Positions 63,821-64,000 of a stretch of DNA of 64,000 nt are shown in pieces; position 1 is the stretch's first letter; every line of letters begins with the position of its first letter. Below the pieces are notes generated by a model, which was not told the DNA's origin, ran no database searches, and worked only from the letters and a program-made list of their open reading frames with translations. The DNA comes from Macrostomum hystrix. Taxonomy: Eukaryota; Animalia; Platyhelminthes. A program made the translations under genes and the position numbers. The DNA is taken from positions 30,318,001 through 30,382,000 of the forward strand of contig CATNEN010000038.1 in the NCBI GenBank assembly GCA_950097015.1. The letters are read 5' to 3'.

Positions 63821-64000
63821 GGGGAGTCGGTGGCAGAGTGGTTAACGCGTTCGCCTCTCGCACCACGGTCACTAAGTTCGATTCCACGGCGAGGCCACAT
63901 TTATTTGGGGCGCAGCCGCGGAGAGAAGGCTTGGGGGCTTGTCGTGCAATTTACGCCCTTGTGGGCCAACCTCCAAAGCACAGTTGATGAGAAAGTCAGG
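63821..64000 (+). mobile_element. SINE family A with an intact tRNA-derived head (cut by the window end)
   Basis: Box A TGGCAGAGTGG (63831-63841) and box B GTTCGATTCC (63876-63885), followed by the body shared with other copies. Confidence 0.85.

Noticed and set aside
63821-63896. tRNA gene
   Set aside because: It has A and B boxes but poor stems, and continues into a dispersed SINE body.

Overview
This is eukaryotic (metazoan), AT-rich, repeat-dense genomic DNA. Its style, with a different minisatellite in most long introns, resembles a flatworm such as Macrostomum; that assignment is inference. I assembled seven spliced protein-coding genes by hand using GT-AG sites and phase matching: TRAPPC4 (-), a divergent NUF2 (-), an 18-exon type II membrane M1 aminopeptidase (+), a short tropomyosin-like gene (-), a Tctex-1 domain dynein light chain (+), an uncharacterised 4-exon gene (+), and the 5' part of a Tubby-family gene (+) that runs off the window. 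Mobile DNA comprises a decayed Tc1/IS630-like transposon carrying a non-LTR RNase H fragment, a 3'-truncated Mag-like Ty3/gypsy element sitting inside a minisatellite, several 8-bp-TSD non-autonomous DNA transposons and two tRNA-derived SINE families. The most unusual structure is a set of more than 20 different minisatellites. Many share a TCTAACAG(GT) core or fold-back units. One is a tandem array of recursive-splice-like AG|GT sites, one supplies a real 3' splice site plus about 13 decoys that mostly read straight into a stop codon, two form a period-matched inverted pair around two exons, and one multimerises a CCAAT + RFX X-box-like module. There is no CRISPR array, rRNA or bona fide tRNA gene. 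Most long ORFs in the track are repeat artefacts.
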